Shown here piece after piece: positions 28,898 to 39,505 of a stretch of DNA of 64,000 nt. Both the position numbers and the translations under genes were made by a program. Where the stretch lies: contig JBAYIY010000006.1 in the NCBI GenBank assembly GCA_041665365.1, positions 19,602-83,601 of the forward strand. The letters run 5' to 3'. The DNA comes from Patescibacteria group bacterium (GTDB lineage Bacteria; Patescibacteriota; Patescibacteriia; UBA9570). The notes beneath the pieces are model-generated. The model saw only the letters and a list, made by a program, of their open reading frames with translations. It was not told the DNA's origin and did no database searches. Each line of letters begins with the position of its first letter. The stretch's first letter is position 1.

Positions 28898-29875
28898 ATG
28901 TTTAACGCCATCCACACTGAAATTATTACAGCACTACAACAAGCCAACCATGTGTTGATTATCTCGCATCGCAAACCGGATGGAGATACGATTGGGGCCG
29001 GTCTGGCTATTCGTCATTACTGTCACTCCCTAAATAAACCGGTCCAAAACTATTGTCTTGATCCAGCGGCTGATTATTTTCATTTTTTGCCCGAAGCCAA
29101 TACTTTAGGCCCACAAAATAATGTCTGGCTAGATAAATCTATTGATGTAATTGTAGTAGTTGATGCTGGTGATTTAGGTTACGCTGGTGTCGCCGAACAG
29201 ATTGCCGGACTACCTCAGAAATATACTTTAATAAATATTGATCACCATGTTACCAATACTAACTTTGGTCAAATAAATTTAGTTGCTAGTACGGCTTCCT
29301 CAGCTTGTGAGGTGGTTTATCATCTTTTAGAAAGTGTCCGTGCGATTGACCATACCATTGCCACTTGTTTGCTAACTGGATTAATTACTGACACAGGAAA
29401 TTTAACCAATCTTGCTACAACTGCTAGTGCGGTACAAGTCGCTTCGAGGCTTGTTTCTAAAGGAGCTAATCTAGCACACATTACAAAACAGGCTTTGAAC
29501 CATCGTACCTATACCACCCTAAAATTATGGGGCAGGGCTCTCCAACGTCTACATGAAGATGCAAAAACAGGCATGGTTGTAACAACGTTGACTTTAGAAG
29601 ATTTACTTGACTGCCAAGCTGATGATGAAGACATCTCGGGCATCTCCAATTTTTTAAATGGCCTGGATCAATCTGCTGATAAGGCCATATTGGTACTTGT
29701 CCAAACGGCGCCTGATGTGATTAAAGGTAGTTTGCGCACCACTAATCCTTTACTCGACGTGACTGAGTTTGCTAAGCTCTATGGTGGTGGCGGCCATAAA
29801 AAAGCGGCCGGCTTCACCACTAGCGGAACGTTAACATTAACTCCAACTGGTTATGCCATCACCCCAAGCAATTAA
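28898..29875 (+). CDS. nrnA: DHH-family oligoribonuclease/PAP phosphatase
   Basis: [24 protein letters not shown]. Confidence 0.9.
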   Translation: MFNAIHTEIITALQQANHVLIISHRKPDGDTIGAGLAIRHYCHSLNKPVQNYCLDPAADYFHFLPEANTLGPQNNVWLDKSIDVIVVVDAGDLGYAGVAEQIAGLPQKYTLINIDHHVTNTNFGQINLVASTASSACEVVYHLLESVRAIDHTIATCLLTGLITDTGNLTNLATTASAVQVASRLVSKGANLAHITKQALNHRTYTTLKLWGRALQRLHEDAKTGMVVTTLTLEDLLDCQADDEDISGISNFLNGLDQSADKAILVLVQTAPDVIKGSLRTTNPLLDVTEFAKLYGGGGHKKAAGFTTSGTLTLTPTGYAITPSN

Positions 29876-30446
29876 CCTAATACCGTCAGTTATTGAAAAA
29901 TCCTTTGACGGTGAACGCGTCTATGATATTTATTCACGCCTACTAAAAGATCGCATTATATTTCTCGGTACCACCATTGACGATATGGTGGCCAATAGCA
30001 TTATTGCTCAATTATTATTCTTAGAATCACAAGATGCCAAGCAAGACGTTACCTTATATATCCACTCACCCGGTGGTTATGTCACAGCTGGTTTGGCTAT
30101 CTACGATACCATGCAGTACATAAAATGCGATGTCTCTACTGTGGTGATTGGTACGGCCGCTTCCATGGCCGCTTTACTCTTAGCTGGTGGTGCGACAGGT
30201 AAACGTTATTCCTTACCAAATGCCGAAATAATGATTCATCAACCATTGGGTGGGGCTGAAGGGCAGGCCTCCGACATAAAGATTCGCGCTGAACATATTT
30301 TGCGCACGCGCGATCGTCTAAACAAGATTTTAGCTAAACACACACAGCAAGAATTGAAACGAATCGAGGTTGATACTGATCGGGATAAGTTCATGAGCGC
30401 CGAAGAAGCCAAGAAATACGGCATTATTGACAAAGTGATTACTTAG
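29853..30446 (+). CDS. clpP: Clp protease proteolytic subunit
   Basis: [29 protein letters not shown]. Confidence 0.96.
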   Translation: MPSPQAINLIPSVIEKSFDGERVYDIYSRLLKDRIIFLGTTIDDMVANSIIAQLLFLESQDAKQDVTLYIHSPGGYVTAGLAIYDTMQYIKCDVSTVVIGTAASMAALLLAGGATGKRYSLPNAEIMIHQPLGGAEGQASDIKIRAEHILRTRDRLNKILAKHTQQELKRIEVDTDRDKFMSAEEAKKYGIIDKVIT

Positions 30447-30525
30447 CTGATAAGGTAGATTTGTCGGGCGTGTCTGGTTCCGCGACGACATTGCTTAATT
30501 CGAACCCAACCTTAGGAAAAAATTT

Positions 30526-32070
30526 ATGTCCCTATCCATACTGGGCCCAATTATTCTGGGTCTAATAGTGTTCGTGGTGGCCGTTGTTGTTGGCGGCCTA
30601 ATCGGTTACTGGTACCGTAAACAAGTAGCCGCTAAAACAACTAGCTCGGCCGAGGCCAAGGCTGAAACTATCATGCAAGACGCTAAACAAAAGGCGCAGT
30701 CTTTTTTGTTAGAGGCTAAAGATAAAGGCTTGAAAATTTTAGATGATTCCAAGCGCGAAGAAAATGAGCGCCGTCAAGAAGTGACCGCTGCCCAACGCCG
30801 CCTGGAGAAACGTGAAAGCATGTTTGATGAAAAACTGTTGGATTTAGAAAATAAACACACCAAATTACAAGATAAAGCCAAAGAATTGGAAAAACTCAAA
30901 GAAGATATCAATACTGTTAAAACCGAACAAGTGGCCCGCTTAGAAAAAGTGGCCGGAATGAATCGGGCTCAGGCGGTACAACTACTGGAAAAACGCGTGG
31001 AAGAGCAATCTAAAGAAGCCTTATTATCGCGTTTACGTAAAATGGAAGAACAGGGTAGTGAGGAACTGGAGCGTAAAGCCAATGAACTAATGTCGGTGAT
31101 TATCCAACGCTGTTCTACCAGTCATGCCACCGACACAACGACTACCTCAGTTCATCTTACTAGTGACGATATGAAGGGACGCATCATTGGTAAAGAAGGG
31201 CGCAATATTAAACGCATCGAGGAATTAACCGGCGTAGAGATATTAATCGATGATACCCCGCAAACTATTGTTGTCTCTGGCTTTTCCCCAATTCGTCGCC
31301 ATCTAGCCAAGCGCGCTTTGGAAATGCTGATGGAAGACGGTCGTATTCATCCGGCTAGAATTGAAGACTGCGTCGAACGAGCCAAACGAGATTTAGCTAT
31401 CGATATTAAAAAGGCTGGTGAAGATGCTTTATATGAAGTCGGTGTAACTGGCTTCGATCCAAAATTGGTATCTATTTTAGGCCGTTTAAAATATCGCACA
31501 TCTTTTGGACAAAATGTGTTACGCCATTCAATTGAAGTGTCTTTTTTAGCTGCGATGTTAGCCGAACATCTTGGCGCTGATGTCAATGTGGCACGTAAAG
31601 GTGGTTTGTTGCATGATATTGGTAAATCAGTTGATCATGAAGTGCAGGGAACCCATCCTGAAATCGGTCGTGATATTGCCAAAAAATTTGGTCTCACTGA
31701 TGCGGTTATTGCACCAATTCTCTATCACCACGATGATTATCCACCCACTCTTGAGGCTGTGATTGTGAAAGCCGCTGATGCTATTTCTGGTTCGCGCCCC
31801 GGTGCCCGTAAAGATACTTATGAAAATTATATCCAACGTTTGGAAGAACTAGAAAATGTCGCTTTAACTTTCCCTGGTATTGATAAAGTGTATGCTATTC
31901 AAGCTGGTCGAGAAGTGCGCGTGTTTGTACGCCCAGATCAAGTGGATGATTACACCGCCAATAAATTAGCCCGTGATATTGCTCTAAAAATTGAGCAAGA
32001 ACTCAAATACCCCGGTGAAATCCGTGTGACAGTAATTCGTGAAACCAGAGTGGTTGAATACGCTCGTTAA
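30526..32070 (+). CDS. rny: Ribonuclease Y
   Basis: N-terminal TM, coiled coil, KGRIIGKEGRNI (KH), LLHDIGK (HD). Confidence 0.97.
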   Translation: MSLSILGPIILGLIVFVVAVVVGGLIGYWYRKQVAAKTTSSAEAKAETIMQDAKQKAQSFLLEAKDKGLKILDDSKREENERRQEVTAAQRRLEKRESMFDEKLLDLENKHTKLQDKAKELEKLKEDINTVKTEQVARLEKVAGMNRAQAVQLLEKRVEEQSKEALLSRLRKMEEQGSEELERKANELMSVIIQRCSTSHATDTTTTSVHLTSDDMKGRIIGKEGRNIKRIEELTGVEILIDDTPQTIVVSGFSPIRRHLAKRALEMLMEDGRIHPARIEDCVERAKRDLAIDIKKAGEDALYEVGVTGFDPKLVSILGRLKYRTSFGQNVLRHSIEVSFLAAMLAEHLGADVNVARKGGLLHDIGKSVDHEVQGTHPEIGRDIAKKFGLTDAVIAPILYHHDDYPPTLEAVIVKAADAISGSRPGARKDTYENYIQRLEELENVALTFPGIDKVYAIQAGREVRVFVRPDQVDDYTANKLARDIALKIEQELKYPGEIRVTVIRETRVVEYAR

Positions 32071-32073
32071 ATC

Positions 32074-32877
32074 ATGGAGCCATTACGTTTACTCTATATC
32101 GGTGATGTCGTTGGCAAGGCCGGTCGTCGCGCCGTTCAGACATTAGTGCCGAGCTTACGTCATGAACTCAAACTTGATGCTGTATTCATGAATGCCGAAA
32201 ATATGGCGCACGGTAATGGTGTGTCACATACCACAGTTGAAGACATGTTGACCGCTGGCGTAACTTTTTTTACGTCTGGTAATCATGTGTTTGATAATAA
32301 AGATGGGGTAGAATATTTGAAACGATCCGATAGTAAAGTGTTACGCCCGGCCAATTATCCAGCAGTGGCTCCAGGACGAGGACATACTGTCATTGAAATA
32401 GGCACTAAAAAAGTTTTGTTAATTAACCTGGCCGGACAAGTGTTTATGCCCCAACAAGTTGATAGCCCGTTTTATTGTCTGGATAATATTCTCAAACAAT
32501 ATAAATTAGATGATCTAGCCGCCGTGATTGTTGATGTTCATGCTGAAGCCACCAGTGAAAAACAAGCTCTGGCCTGGTATGCCGATGGTCGCGCCTCACT
32601 GGTAGTTGGTACTCATACTCACGTACCAACGGCCGATCTCCGTATTTTAACGCACGGCACTGGTCTGGTGTGTGATCTTGGTTCAGTCGCCGCAGCTGAT
32701 TCAGTGATTGGAGCCGATAAACATAAAGTGCTACAAAGATTCTTAACCCAAACACCCATTGCTCTTAGTCCAGCTGAAACCGGCGAGGTTATTTTTAATT
32801 CGGTCTATATTGAAATCGATCCTACCACAAAACACACTGTACAATTACAACGGGTTGATCGTATACTACCGGCATGA
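32074..32877 (+). CDS. ymdB: YmdB-family metallophosphoesterase
   Basis: IGDVVG, NAEN, TSGNH, DVHAEATSEK, GTHTHV. Confidence 0.92.
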   Translation: MEPLRLLYIGDVVGKAGRRAVQTLVPSLRHELKLDAVFMNAENMAHGNGVSHTTVEDMLTAGVTFFTSGNHVFDNKDGVEYLKRSDSKVLRPANYPAVAPGRGHTVIEIGTKKVLLINLAGQVFMPQQVDSPFYCLDNILKQYKLDDLAAVIVDVHAEATSEKQALAWYADGRASLVVGTHTHVPTADLRILTHGTGLVCDLGSVAAADSVIGADKHKVLQRFLTQTPIALSPAETGEVIFNSVYIEIDPTTKHTVQLQRVDRILPA

Positions 32878-33152
32878 AAAAACTTGCCTTGATTACATTG
32901 GTAGCCGAAAAAGCCCGAGTTAATAGAAAAACCGCCGAGGAGGTGGTCGATGCGTTACTGGCTACCATCACAGAACAAATCAAACAAGGTGAAGAAGTCG
33001 CTCTCACCGGTTTTGGTCATTTCTCATCTCGTCTCCGCTCCGCTCGCTTAGGTGTTGATCCGTTACATCCTACTCAAAAAATCCACATGCCAGCCGTACT
33101 GGTGGTTAAATTCAAAGCCGGCAAGGCTTTAAAAGACGCGCTGAAAAAGTAG
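32874..33152 (+). CDS. hup: HU-family DNA-binding protein
   Basis: LTGFGHF, R..R.G..P, KFKAGKALKDA. Confidence 0.9.
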   Translation: MKKLALITLVAEKARVNRKTAEEVVDALLATITEQIKQGEEVALTGFGHFSSRLRSARLGVDPLHPTQKIHMPAVLVVKFKAGKALKDALKK

Positions 33153-33174
33153 TTTTTGTAATACCGTCTATAAA

Positions 33175-33441
33175 TTAACGTGTCCGAACTTGTTCTTTGG
33201 TTTTTTCAAACAACATGTGTTTCATCAATGATTGATAGGGCACATCTTCTTTATGAGCCAATAATTTGATTTCTTCCAGTAAAAAGACTGGTAACCGCAA
33301 AGCAATTGTTTCTGTGGATGGTTTTAGGTTTGGAAACCGAACCGATTTAGCCTGATCGATTTTGAAATAATCAGTGGCATCGTGGTCACTCCAAAAATCA
33401 CGTTCTTGATCTTCAGTTTTAAAATTAGGTATTTTTTTCAT
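33175..33441 (-). CDS. BrnA-like (CopG-type) antitoxin
   Basis: IPNFKTEDQERDFW, IALRLP, VPYQSL; overlaps the BrnT-like gene. Confidence 0.8.
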   Translation of the reverse strand: MKKIPNFKTEDQERDFWSDHDATDYFKIDQAKSVRFPNLKPSTETIALRLPVFLLEEIKLLAHKEDVPYQSLMKHMLFEKTKEQVRTR

Positions 33442-33718
33442 AGGCGTTTCGTTCTTTTTTAGACATTGATCGAGCTGAGATAATGCGAATATATTGCTTT
33501 CTAATAGTAAAAATAATGGTTAAAAATTCTTTGGTATTTGTTTGGCCGAGAGCGACCCATCGTTGTTCTTGTGTACTGGAATGAATTTGATCTTCTGCTA
33601 TCACTAGCGGTTTGTTAAAAAGCACTTGTTCGGCTTCAGCGTTGGTAATATGGTGTTTTAACCAGTTTTTCTCAAGGTTACCATCATCCCATTGAAACCC
33701 GATAATATCAGTAAACAT
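33425..33718 (-). CDS. BrnT-family toxin
   Basis: FQWDDGNLEKNWLKH, IRIISAR. Confidence 0.85.
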   Translation of the reverse strand: MFTDIIGFQWDDGNLEKNWLKHHITNAEAEQVLFNKPLVIAEDQIHSSTQEQRWVALGQTNTKEFLTIIFTIRKQYIRIISARSMSKKERNAYEKNT

Positions 33719-33863
33719 ACGTTTGTTTCATGTATATCTCTATTATATACATTAAGTTGGGTGGTGTCAAATCCATTTTTTTGGTATTTTCAACGTATAG
33801 CCAGCCCCAAGACAGGTTACCCAACGGAATACTTCACCGGAGGGAAACAAATAGATATTGTAT

Positions 33864-34625
33864 TTATTGCCCAGCTAGGTTGTTTAAATGTTCCAGATTG
33901 CCGCCTTTATTAACATATACTTCATTTAGTAGCAGTAAATATTGTTTGGGGTCGCCGAGGTTTTTCCGAAAAAAATCTTTCAAACTAATATGCATCTCTA
34001 TCAAATTAGATTCATATAATATTTCTTTAGAATACCGAGGAGCTTTATTGTCTAAAACCCTGAGTGAATCCATGTCTCCTAACACAAAATCTAACCGCTC
34101 TTGTTTTTCACGATCTATAAAAAAGAATGGCATATCGCACATAATGTTTATATGTGCTCTAGTTGCTAGCTCGGCTTGATCAAGGACGCCGTCAATAAAT
34201 CTAGTTGTACCCTCATCTGGTTTGATCATTAATTCTCGCCCAGTTACGTTTTTGACAATGTCTGATCCTTTATTGCTTCCAATACAAATCCACTCATCGG
34301 TGTCGCCTAGGGTCATTAGTATTTTGTTTTCCGCATCATTCAAACGGTAGGTCGGAAACACGCGTAATCCGGCCGCTTTGGCAATAGCATAATTTTCCAT
34401 CGCTCGCTTAGCATGTTTATATTCTAGTCCGGGATTTTTTTCTCTAGTATGAAAATCCTTTACGGCCATTGTTTTGTGGCGCGTTCTTCCATCGGCTGCA
34501 CTTACCTCAACGTCAGCTAAAAAAACTCGACCGTACCAACCGCTTCCTAAAACGCGCTGTCGTGTAATATTAACTTCGTGTGGTTTTAATCCAGTGGCAC
34601 GCTCTGGAACAAAATGTTCTGACAT
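33864..34625 (-). CDS. Hypothetical protein with protein-kinase-like N-lobe
   Basis: LGSGWYGRV glycine loop, MAVK lysine, LGDMD. Confidence 0.55.
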   Translation of the reverse strand: MSEHFVPERATGLKPHEVNITRQRVLGSGWYGRVFLADVEVSAADGRTRHKTMAVKDFHTREKNPGLEYKHAKRAMENYAIAKAAGLRVFPTYRLNDAENKILMTLGDTDEWICIGSNKGSDIVKNVTGRELMIKPDEGTTRFIDGVLDQAELATRAHINIMCDMPFFFIDREKQERLDFVLGDMDSLRVLDNKAPRYSKEILYESNLIEMHISLKDFFRKNLGDPKQYLLLLNEVYVNKGGNLEHLNNLAGQ

Positions 34626-34644
34626 ATAGTTATTTATAACATTG

Positions 34645-34717
34645 TGCCCCCGACTGGATTTGAACCAGTGACCGTTCGCTTAAGAGGCGACTGCTCTACC
34701 GACTGAGCTACGGAGAC
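34645..34717 (-). tRNA. tRNA-Lys(CTT)
   Basis: Loop CTCTTAA, AGCTCAGTCGGTAGAGC, GGTTCAAATCC. Confidence 0.93.
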
Positions 34718-34727
34718 TTGTTTTTTG

Positions 34728-34799
34728 TGCCCTCGGCAGGAATCGAACCCACGTCCCTGGTTCCGAAGACCAGTGCTCTATCCGTTGAGCTACGGGGGC
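34728..34799 (-). tRNA. tRNA-Arg(TCG)
   Basis: CTGGT-CTTCGGA-ACCAG anticodon arm, GGTTCGATTCC. Confidence 0.93.
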
Positions 34800-34844
34800 A
34801 GCGGGCAGTCTGACAAAAAGCTCGGTTACTGTAACGAATTCGCT

Positions 34845-35906
34845 CTAGTTAGGCAAGAGCTCCGGATTCATCATGTATGATCGAGCCACTACTTCAGTGA
34901 TCACCTTGTCATTATAAAGCCGTTTCAAATCTTGATCGATGGTGAACATATGTTCTTGCGCTGAGGTCTGCATGACGGTTTTTAATTGCGCGATTTTGTT
35001 TTCTCTAATCAAGTTTGATACAGCCGGTGTGTTCATCAGTATCTCACGAGCGGCCACGCGCCCACCATCAACATTGGGAATTAAAATTTGAGAAATAACC
35101 GCTCGTAATTCACTTGATAATTGATAACGTATTTGGTGTTGTTGGTGTGGTGGAAAAACATCAATAATCCGATCAATGGTTTCCGCTGCACCATTGGTAT
35201 GCAATGTCGCTAACACTAAGTGACCGGTTTCCGCTACCGTTAGTGCCGCTGCAATGGTTTCCAAATCACGCATTTCACCTACCATTATTACATTAGGATC
35301 TTGCCGCACAATGTGTTTTAAGGCTTCAGCAAAGGATAAGAAATCACGGTGTAATTCTCTTTGTCTAATAATGCTTTTATTTGATGTAAATAAAAACTCA
35401 ATTGGATCTTCTAGTGTAATTATGTGTGTTGAACGTGTTTGATTGATTTGTTCAATCATGGCGGCCAAAGAAGTCGACTTGCCACACCCAGTTGGACCGG
35501 TGACCAAAACTAATCCTTGATGTAAATTAGTTAACTGTGAAACAGTTTCATTCAAACCAAGTGCCTGCAAGGTTGGGGGATTAACATTAATCGCTCGAGC
35601 CACTAACCCCATATAGCCACGTTCCCAATGAGCATTAACACGAAAGCGAGCAATTTGTTTTACAGCATAGGCAAAATCTAACTCACGTTCTTTGGATAAT
35701 TGTTGTTGCTGTTCATCGTTCAACAGTGATAAAACAATATTTTGTGTATCTTCTGGAGTTAAGATCGGTTCCCCTGGGGCATCCAACAGTTGTCCGCTGA
35801 TGCGAAACAATGGGGGGTGACCAGCAATAATATGAACATCAGAAGCTCCATGTGAGACAGCGGCCACTAATAGTGTTTCGATACGATCTGGACGAATTTG
35901 AGCCAT
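34845..35906 (-). CDS. pilT: Type IV pilus retraction ATPase
   Basis: ASDVH, GPTGCGKST, LEDPIE, MVGEMRD, ATLHT. Confidence 0.93.
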   Translation of the reverse strand: MAQIRPDRIETLLVAAVSHGASDVHIIAGHPPLFRISGQLLDAPGEPILTPEDTQNIVLSLLNDEQQQQLSKERELDFAYAVKQIARFRVNAHWERGYMGLVARAINVNPPTLQALGLNETVSQLTNLHQGLVLVTGPTGCGKSTSLAAMIEQINQTRSTHIITLEDPIEFLFTSNKSIIRQRELHRDFLSFAEALKHIVRQDPNVIMVGEMRDLETIAAALTVAETGHLVLATLHTNGAAETIDRIIDVFPPHQQHQIRYQLSSELRAVISQILIPNVDGGRVAAREILMNTPAVSNLIRENKIAQLKTVMQTSAQEHMFTIDQDLKRLYNDKVITEVVARSYMMNPELLPN

Positions 35907-35925
35907 ATGTTTATACTAATATATC

Positions 35926-36384
35926 ATGAAAAAAGTCGTTTGTCAATCATCTAGCGCTGGTGTTACTCACGCTTTTGCAGAAAAATTAGTGGCTAACCTC
36001 GCACACGGAGGTTTAGTTTTGCTCAGTGGGGAGCTAGGTGCCGGTAAAACCACCTTCGTACAAGGCATTGCCCAGGCTTTACACATCGATCGCTCCATAA
36101 CGAGCCCAACCTTTACACTAATGAATGTATATGAGACTTCTCATCTAATCATTCGCCAGCTTGTTCATATTGATCTTTATCGTTTGTCAGACAATGCAGA
36201 ACTAACCACGCTTGATATTCCAACTTGGCTAAGCAATCCGGCCGCTTTAGTTATTATAGAATGGCCAGAACGAGCCCCAGACTTATGGTCAAATGCTCTG
36301 GGTACAATTCAGTTTGGTTTGGGAGACACAGTCAATCAACGAACTCTAACTATGACTGGGTCACTGGCGGCTTATTTTGCCTGA
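35926..36384 (+). CDS. tsaE: tRNA t6A biosynthesis ATPase
   Basis: GELGAGKTT, SPTFTL, HIDLYRL, IEWP. Confidence 0.93.
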   Translation: MKKVVCQSSSAGVTHAFAEKLVANLAHGGLVLLSGELGAGKTTFVQGIAQALHIDRSITSPTFTLMNVYETSHLIIRQLVHIDLYRLSDNAELTTLDIPTWLSNPAALVIIEWPERAPDLWSNALGTIQFGLGDTVNQRTLTMTGSLAAYFA

Positions 36385-37120
36385 AAAAATACAGTTGTTG
36401 TACGATGCTAAATAACGTTGAAGTCAACCAATACAGTGCCAAGCCAGCCGGAAACTGATAGCCAAAAATGGTCGTCATAATTGGCATCATATACATCATT
36501 TGTTTGTTTATACTAGCGGCCATATCTTCATCTTTACTGCCTTCGGTTTTAATAACCGGCCGCTTCGCTTGCATCATACGAATTTGCACAAAAGTGGCTA
36601 ACCCGGTTAACCCGGCAAATATGACATTTTTTGATTGCGCTAAATCTACTATACCGAAAAAGGACATGTTTATAGAGGTTGTGGTGTAAATATCACGTAG
36701 AAAGCCATACAGATGATTAACTTGCTCCACATTGAGCAGGTGAGTGGTCGGATCGATTTGTAAACCGTGCAAAAAGGCTTGGTATAAAGCAATTAAGATA
36801 GGTAATTGTATGATTAATGGTAAACAAGACGAAAACGGATTAACTTTATTATCTTTGTAGAACTGCATGAGTTGCTTGCCCAACTCTTCTTTATTATCTT
36901 TGTATTTCTCGCGAATGGCATTTATTTTTGGTTGTGTTTCTTGCAACTTCTTTTGTGATTTTAAAGCAGAAAAAGCTGGCCAAAATAATAATGATTTAAT
37001 GACTAATGTTAATACAATAATGGCCACACCCATATCGTGACCGGGCAAAAAATAATACAGCCACATCAAGGCATTAAAAATTGGTTCGTATAATATTGTG
37101 TTGTAGAGTTGTCCAAGCAT
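36350..37120 (-). CDS. yidC: Membrane protein insertase YidC
   Basis: NPFSSCLPLIIQLPI, PAGLALYW; conserved synteny. Confidence 0.93.
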   Translation of the reverse strand: MLGQLYNTILYEPIFNALMWLYYFLPGHDMGVAIIVLTLVIKSLLFWPAFSALKSQKKLQETQPKINAIREKYKDNKEELGKQLMQFYKDNKVNPFSSCLPLIIQLPILIALYQAFLHGLQIDPTTHLLNVEQVNHLYGFLRDIYTTTSINMSFFGIVDLAQSKNVIFAGLTGLATFVQIRMMQAKRPVIKTEGSKDEDMAASINKQMMYMMPIMTTIFGYQFPAGLALYWLTSTLFSIVQQLYFFRQNKPPVTQS

Positions 37121-37127
37121 ATAATAT

Positions 37128-37382
37128 TTATGGTACTGGGTCGTAACCACCCGAAGTGAATGGGGTACAACGCAATATTCGTTTACTGCCTAAATAGGTG
37201 CCCTTGATTATGCCATAGCGCTCTACGGCTGTATAGGCATACTCCGAACAGCTTGGTTTAAAACGACACCCCATCAAAGTTAGCCCTCTAAGCAAGCCAT
37301 GATCTGGAGAAATGGTCTTTTGATATAGTCTAATTACCCACAATAATGCATGTCTAGGCCATAATCTAACTAATTCAATCAT
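37128..37382 (-). CDS. yidD: Membrane protein insertion efficiency factor
   Basis: [22 protein letters not shown]. Confidence 0.93.
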   Translation of the reverse strand: MIELVRLWPRHALLWVIRLYQKTISPDHGLLRGLTLMGCRFKPSCSEYAYTAVERYGIIKGTYLGSKRILRCTPFTSGGYDPVP

Positions 37383-37678
37383 AATAGCTGCAATTTATGA
37401 AATACTTGATTTATGGCTATGGAAAATTCTTTCGCGGCCACACCAACGGCTTTCTGTTTTACTACCACCACTACATCGTATGGTTTTTTGTGAAGTTTCC
37501 GAATAATGGCTCTTAGTTGTCTCTTTATACGATTACGCACTACAGCATGTTTATGGACTTGTTTTGATACTACCACAGTAAATTGAGGCTCGGTTGAAGC
37601 TAGAGCGTGTAAACGAAAAAAGGGGTGGTGAGCCACGACGCCTTTTTTATACACGGCTTGGATATCCCGATTTTTCAC
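37379..37678 (-). CDS. rnpA: RNase P protein component
   Basis: [17 protein letters not shown]. Confidence 0.9.
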   Translation of the reverse strand: MKNRDIQAVYKKGVVAHHPFFRLHALASTEPQFTVVVSKQVHKHAVVRNRIKRQLRAIIRKLHKKPYDVVVVVKQKAVGVAAKEFSIAINQVFHKLQLL

Positions 37679-37685
37679 GGTAAAA

Positions 37686-37826
37686 TTATTGCGCTAGACG
37701 CTTCCGACCTTTGCGGCGGCGGCTGACCAAAATCTTTCGTCCACTGGGAGTGCCTGATCTTTTTCGGAAACCATGTTCCTTAGTACGAGTCCGTTTTTTG
37801 GGTTGATAGGTTCGTTTAGTTGACAT
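37686..37826 (-). CDS. rpmH: 50S ribosomal protein L34
   Basis: Manual translation [46 protein letters not shown] (below the ORF-track cutoff). Confidence 0.95.
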   Translation of the reverse strand: MSTKRTYQPKKRTRTKEHGFRKRSGTPSGRKILVSRRRKGRKRLAQ

Positions 37827-37901
37827 AGCGGCACTATACACAGTTTCTCCACATGCTGTCAACAGTGTCTTGGTTTACATAGTGTGGTAGGATATCGGCC
37901 T

Positions 37902-39284
37902 ATGAATTCCACACAACTCTGGGAAGCCTGCATGGCAGAACTTGAACTCACTCTAACCAAGGCCAATTTTACGACCTGGTTCAAACATACTTTTATTGTT
38001 GAATATAACGATCAATCTGTCACGGTGGGAGTACCTAGTGGTTTTATTAAAACCTGGATTGAAAATAAATACCATCACAGTATTTTAAAGTCATTGCAAA
38101 AAATTACTGATGGGAAGATAAAGCAGATTCTCTACAAAGTAGCGCCATTTAGTAAGCGCGAAGTGGTTAGCTTGCCTGAGGCTGCTCCACAAACACCGGT
38201 GGTACCTCCGGTAGTTCAACCATCCAAACCTGTTATTGCGCCTACTGCTACACCTCCAAAACAGGCCGAAATAAATGCGCGCTATACTTTTGATACCTTT
38301 GTGGTTGGCAAGAAAACCGAGTTAGCCTATGCGGCTTGTCGCGCAGTTAGTGAGAGCCCGGCCACGATTTATAACCCGTTGTTTATATATGGTGGAGTTG
38401 GTCTAGGAAAAACTCATTTAATGCAAGCTGTCGGCAATGCTATTCTACAGAAATTCTCCAATAAACGTGTGCTATATACTCCTTGTGAAACCTTCACTAA
38501 TGAATTTATTAAATCAGTTAAAGCGGGTCAACCGGATACATTTACGAACAAATACCGATCAGTTGATGTTTTACTGGTTGATGATATTCAGTTCTTGGCC
38601 GGTAAAGAGGGTACACAAGAAGCTTTTTTCCATACCTTCAATTTCTTACACCAAAACAATAAACAGATTGTGATTAGCTCTGATCGCCCTCCTAAAGCCA
38701 TTCCAACCTTGGAAGATCGTTTGGTGTCACGCTTTGAGTGGGGAATGATCGTTGATGTTGGTGCACCGGATTTAGAAACTCGGATTGCTATTTTGCAAAC
38801 CAAGTGCCAGGAAAAAAACATTCAGTTAGCCGACGATATCGTCCAATACATTGCCAGTGTGATTCAAAACAACATTAGAGAGCTTGAAGGCGCTTTAAAT
38901 CGTGTTATGGCTGCCACTCAGTTGACTAATACCAAACCAACGGTTGATAGTGTAAAGGGTCTACTGTCCTCCTTAGTACAAGCCCCCAAACATGGTGCTA
39001 TTACCACAAAACAAGTCCTCCTGGCAGTAGCTGAGTATTACACAGTAGCAGTTTCTTTACTTACTAGTAGCTCACGCAAAAAAGAATTGGTTTTCCCCAG
39101 ACAAATAGCCATGTTTATTATGCGCGAAGAAATGAATGCATCATATCCTGCTATTGGTGAAGAATTAGGAGGGCGCGATCACACCACAGCGATGCATGCT
39201 TATAACAAAATAAAACAAGATATGGAATTAAATGAGAAATTAGTACAAGACATTACTTTAATTAGACAAAAACTTTATTTATAA
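37902..39284 (+). CDS. dnaA: Replication initiator DnaA
   Basis: NPLFIYGGVGLGKTHL, DDIQF, RELEGAL, GGRDHTT. Confidence 0.97.
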   Translation: MNSTQLWEACMAELELTLTKANFTTWFKHTFIVEYNDQSVTVGVPSGFIKTWIENKYHHSILKSLQKITDGKIKQILYKVAPFSKREVVSLPEAAPQTPVVPPVVQPSKPVIAPTATPPKQAEINARYTFDTFVVGKKTELAYAACRAVSESPATIYNPLFIYGGVGLGKTHLMQAVGNAILQKFSNKRVLYTPCETFTNEFIKSVKAGQPDTFTNKYRSVDVLLVDDIQFLAGKEGTQEAFFHTFNFLHQNNKQIVISSDRPPKAIPTLEDRLVSRFEWGMIVDVGAPDLETRIAILQTKCQEKNIQLADDIVQYIASVIQNNIRELEGALNRVMAATQLTNTKPTVDSVKGLLSSLVQAPKHGAITTKQVLLAVAEYYTVAVSLLTSSSRKKELVFPRQIAMFIMREEMNASYPAIGEELGGRDHTTAMHAYNKIKQDMELNEKLVQDITLIRQKLYL

Positions 39285-39505
39285 CCTGCGGATAAGTTGT
39301 GCAGTGAGTGTGTGTGAAAAGTGTAATAAATTAAGCGGTAAAATTCATCCACTGGACATGCACAACTCTACACACAGTCTATTCCATCAACCAAGCAACA
39401 TATAATTCAACTATGTTAACACTAACTACCATTATCCACTTATTAACACCCCTTATTATTGTTATTATCTATTTATTTATATAATTTAATTAAGATACAG
39501 ATGTT
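39285..39505. other. Probable replication origin oriC
   Basis: dnaA-dnaN spacer with DnaA-box-like TGCGGATAA, TCATCCACT and TTATCCACT, then CCCC and a TTA/TAT trinucleotide AT-rich tract. Confidence 0.75.

Noticed and set aside
30447-30525. 6S RNA upstream of rny
   Set aside because: Some pairing exists (TAAGGT/ACCTTA, TGTCG/CGACA), but the spacer is under 80 nt, too short for 6S RNA
33175-34799. Prophage or integrative element at tRNA-Lys/Arg
   Set aside because: No integrase, phage genes or duplicated tRNA 3' end (att site) were seen
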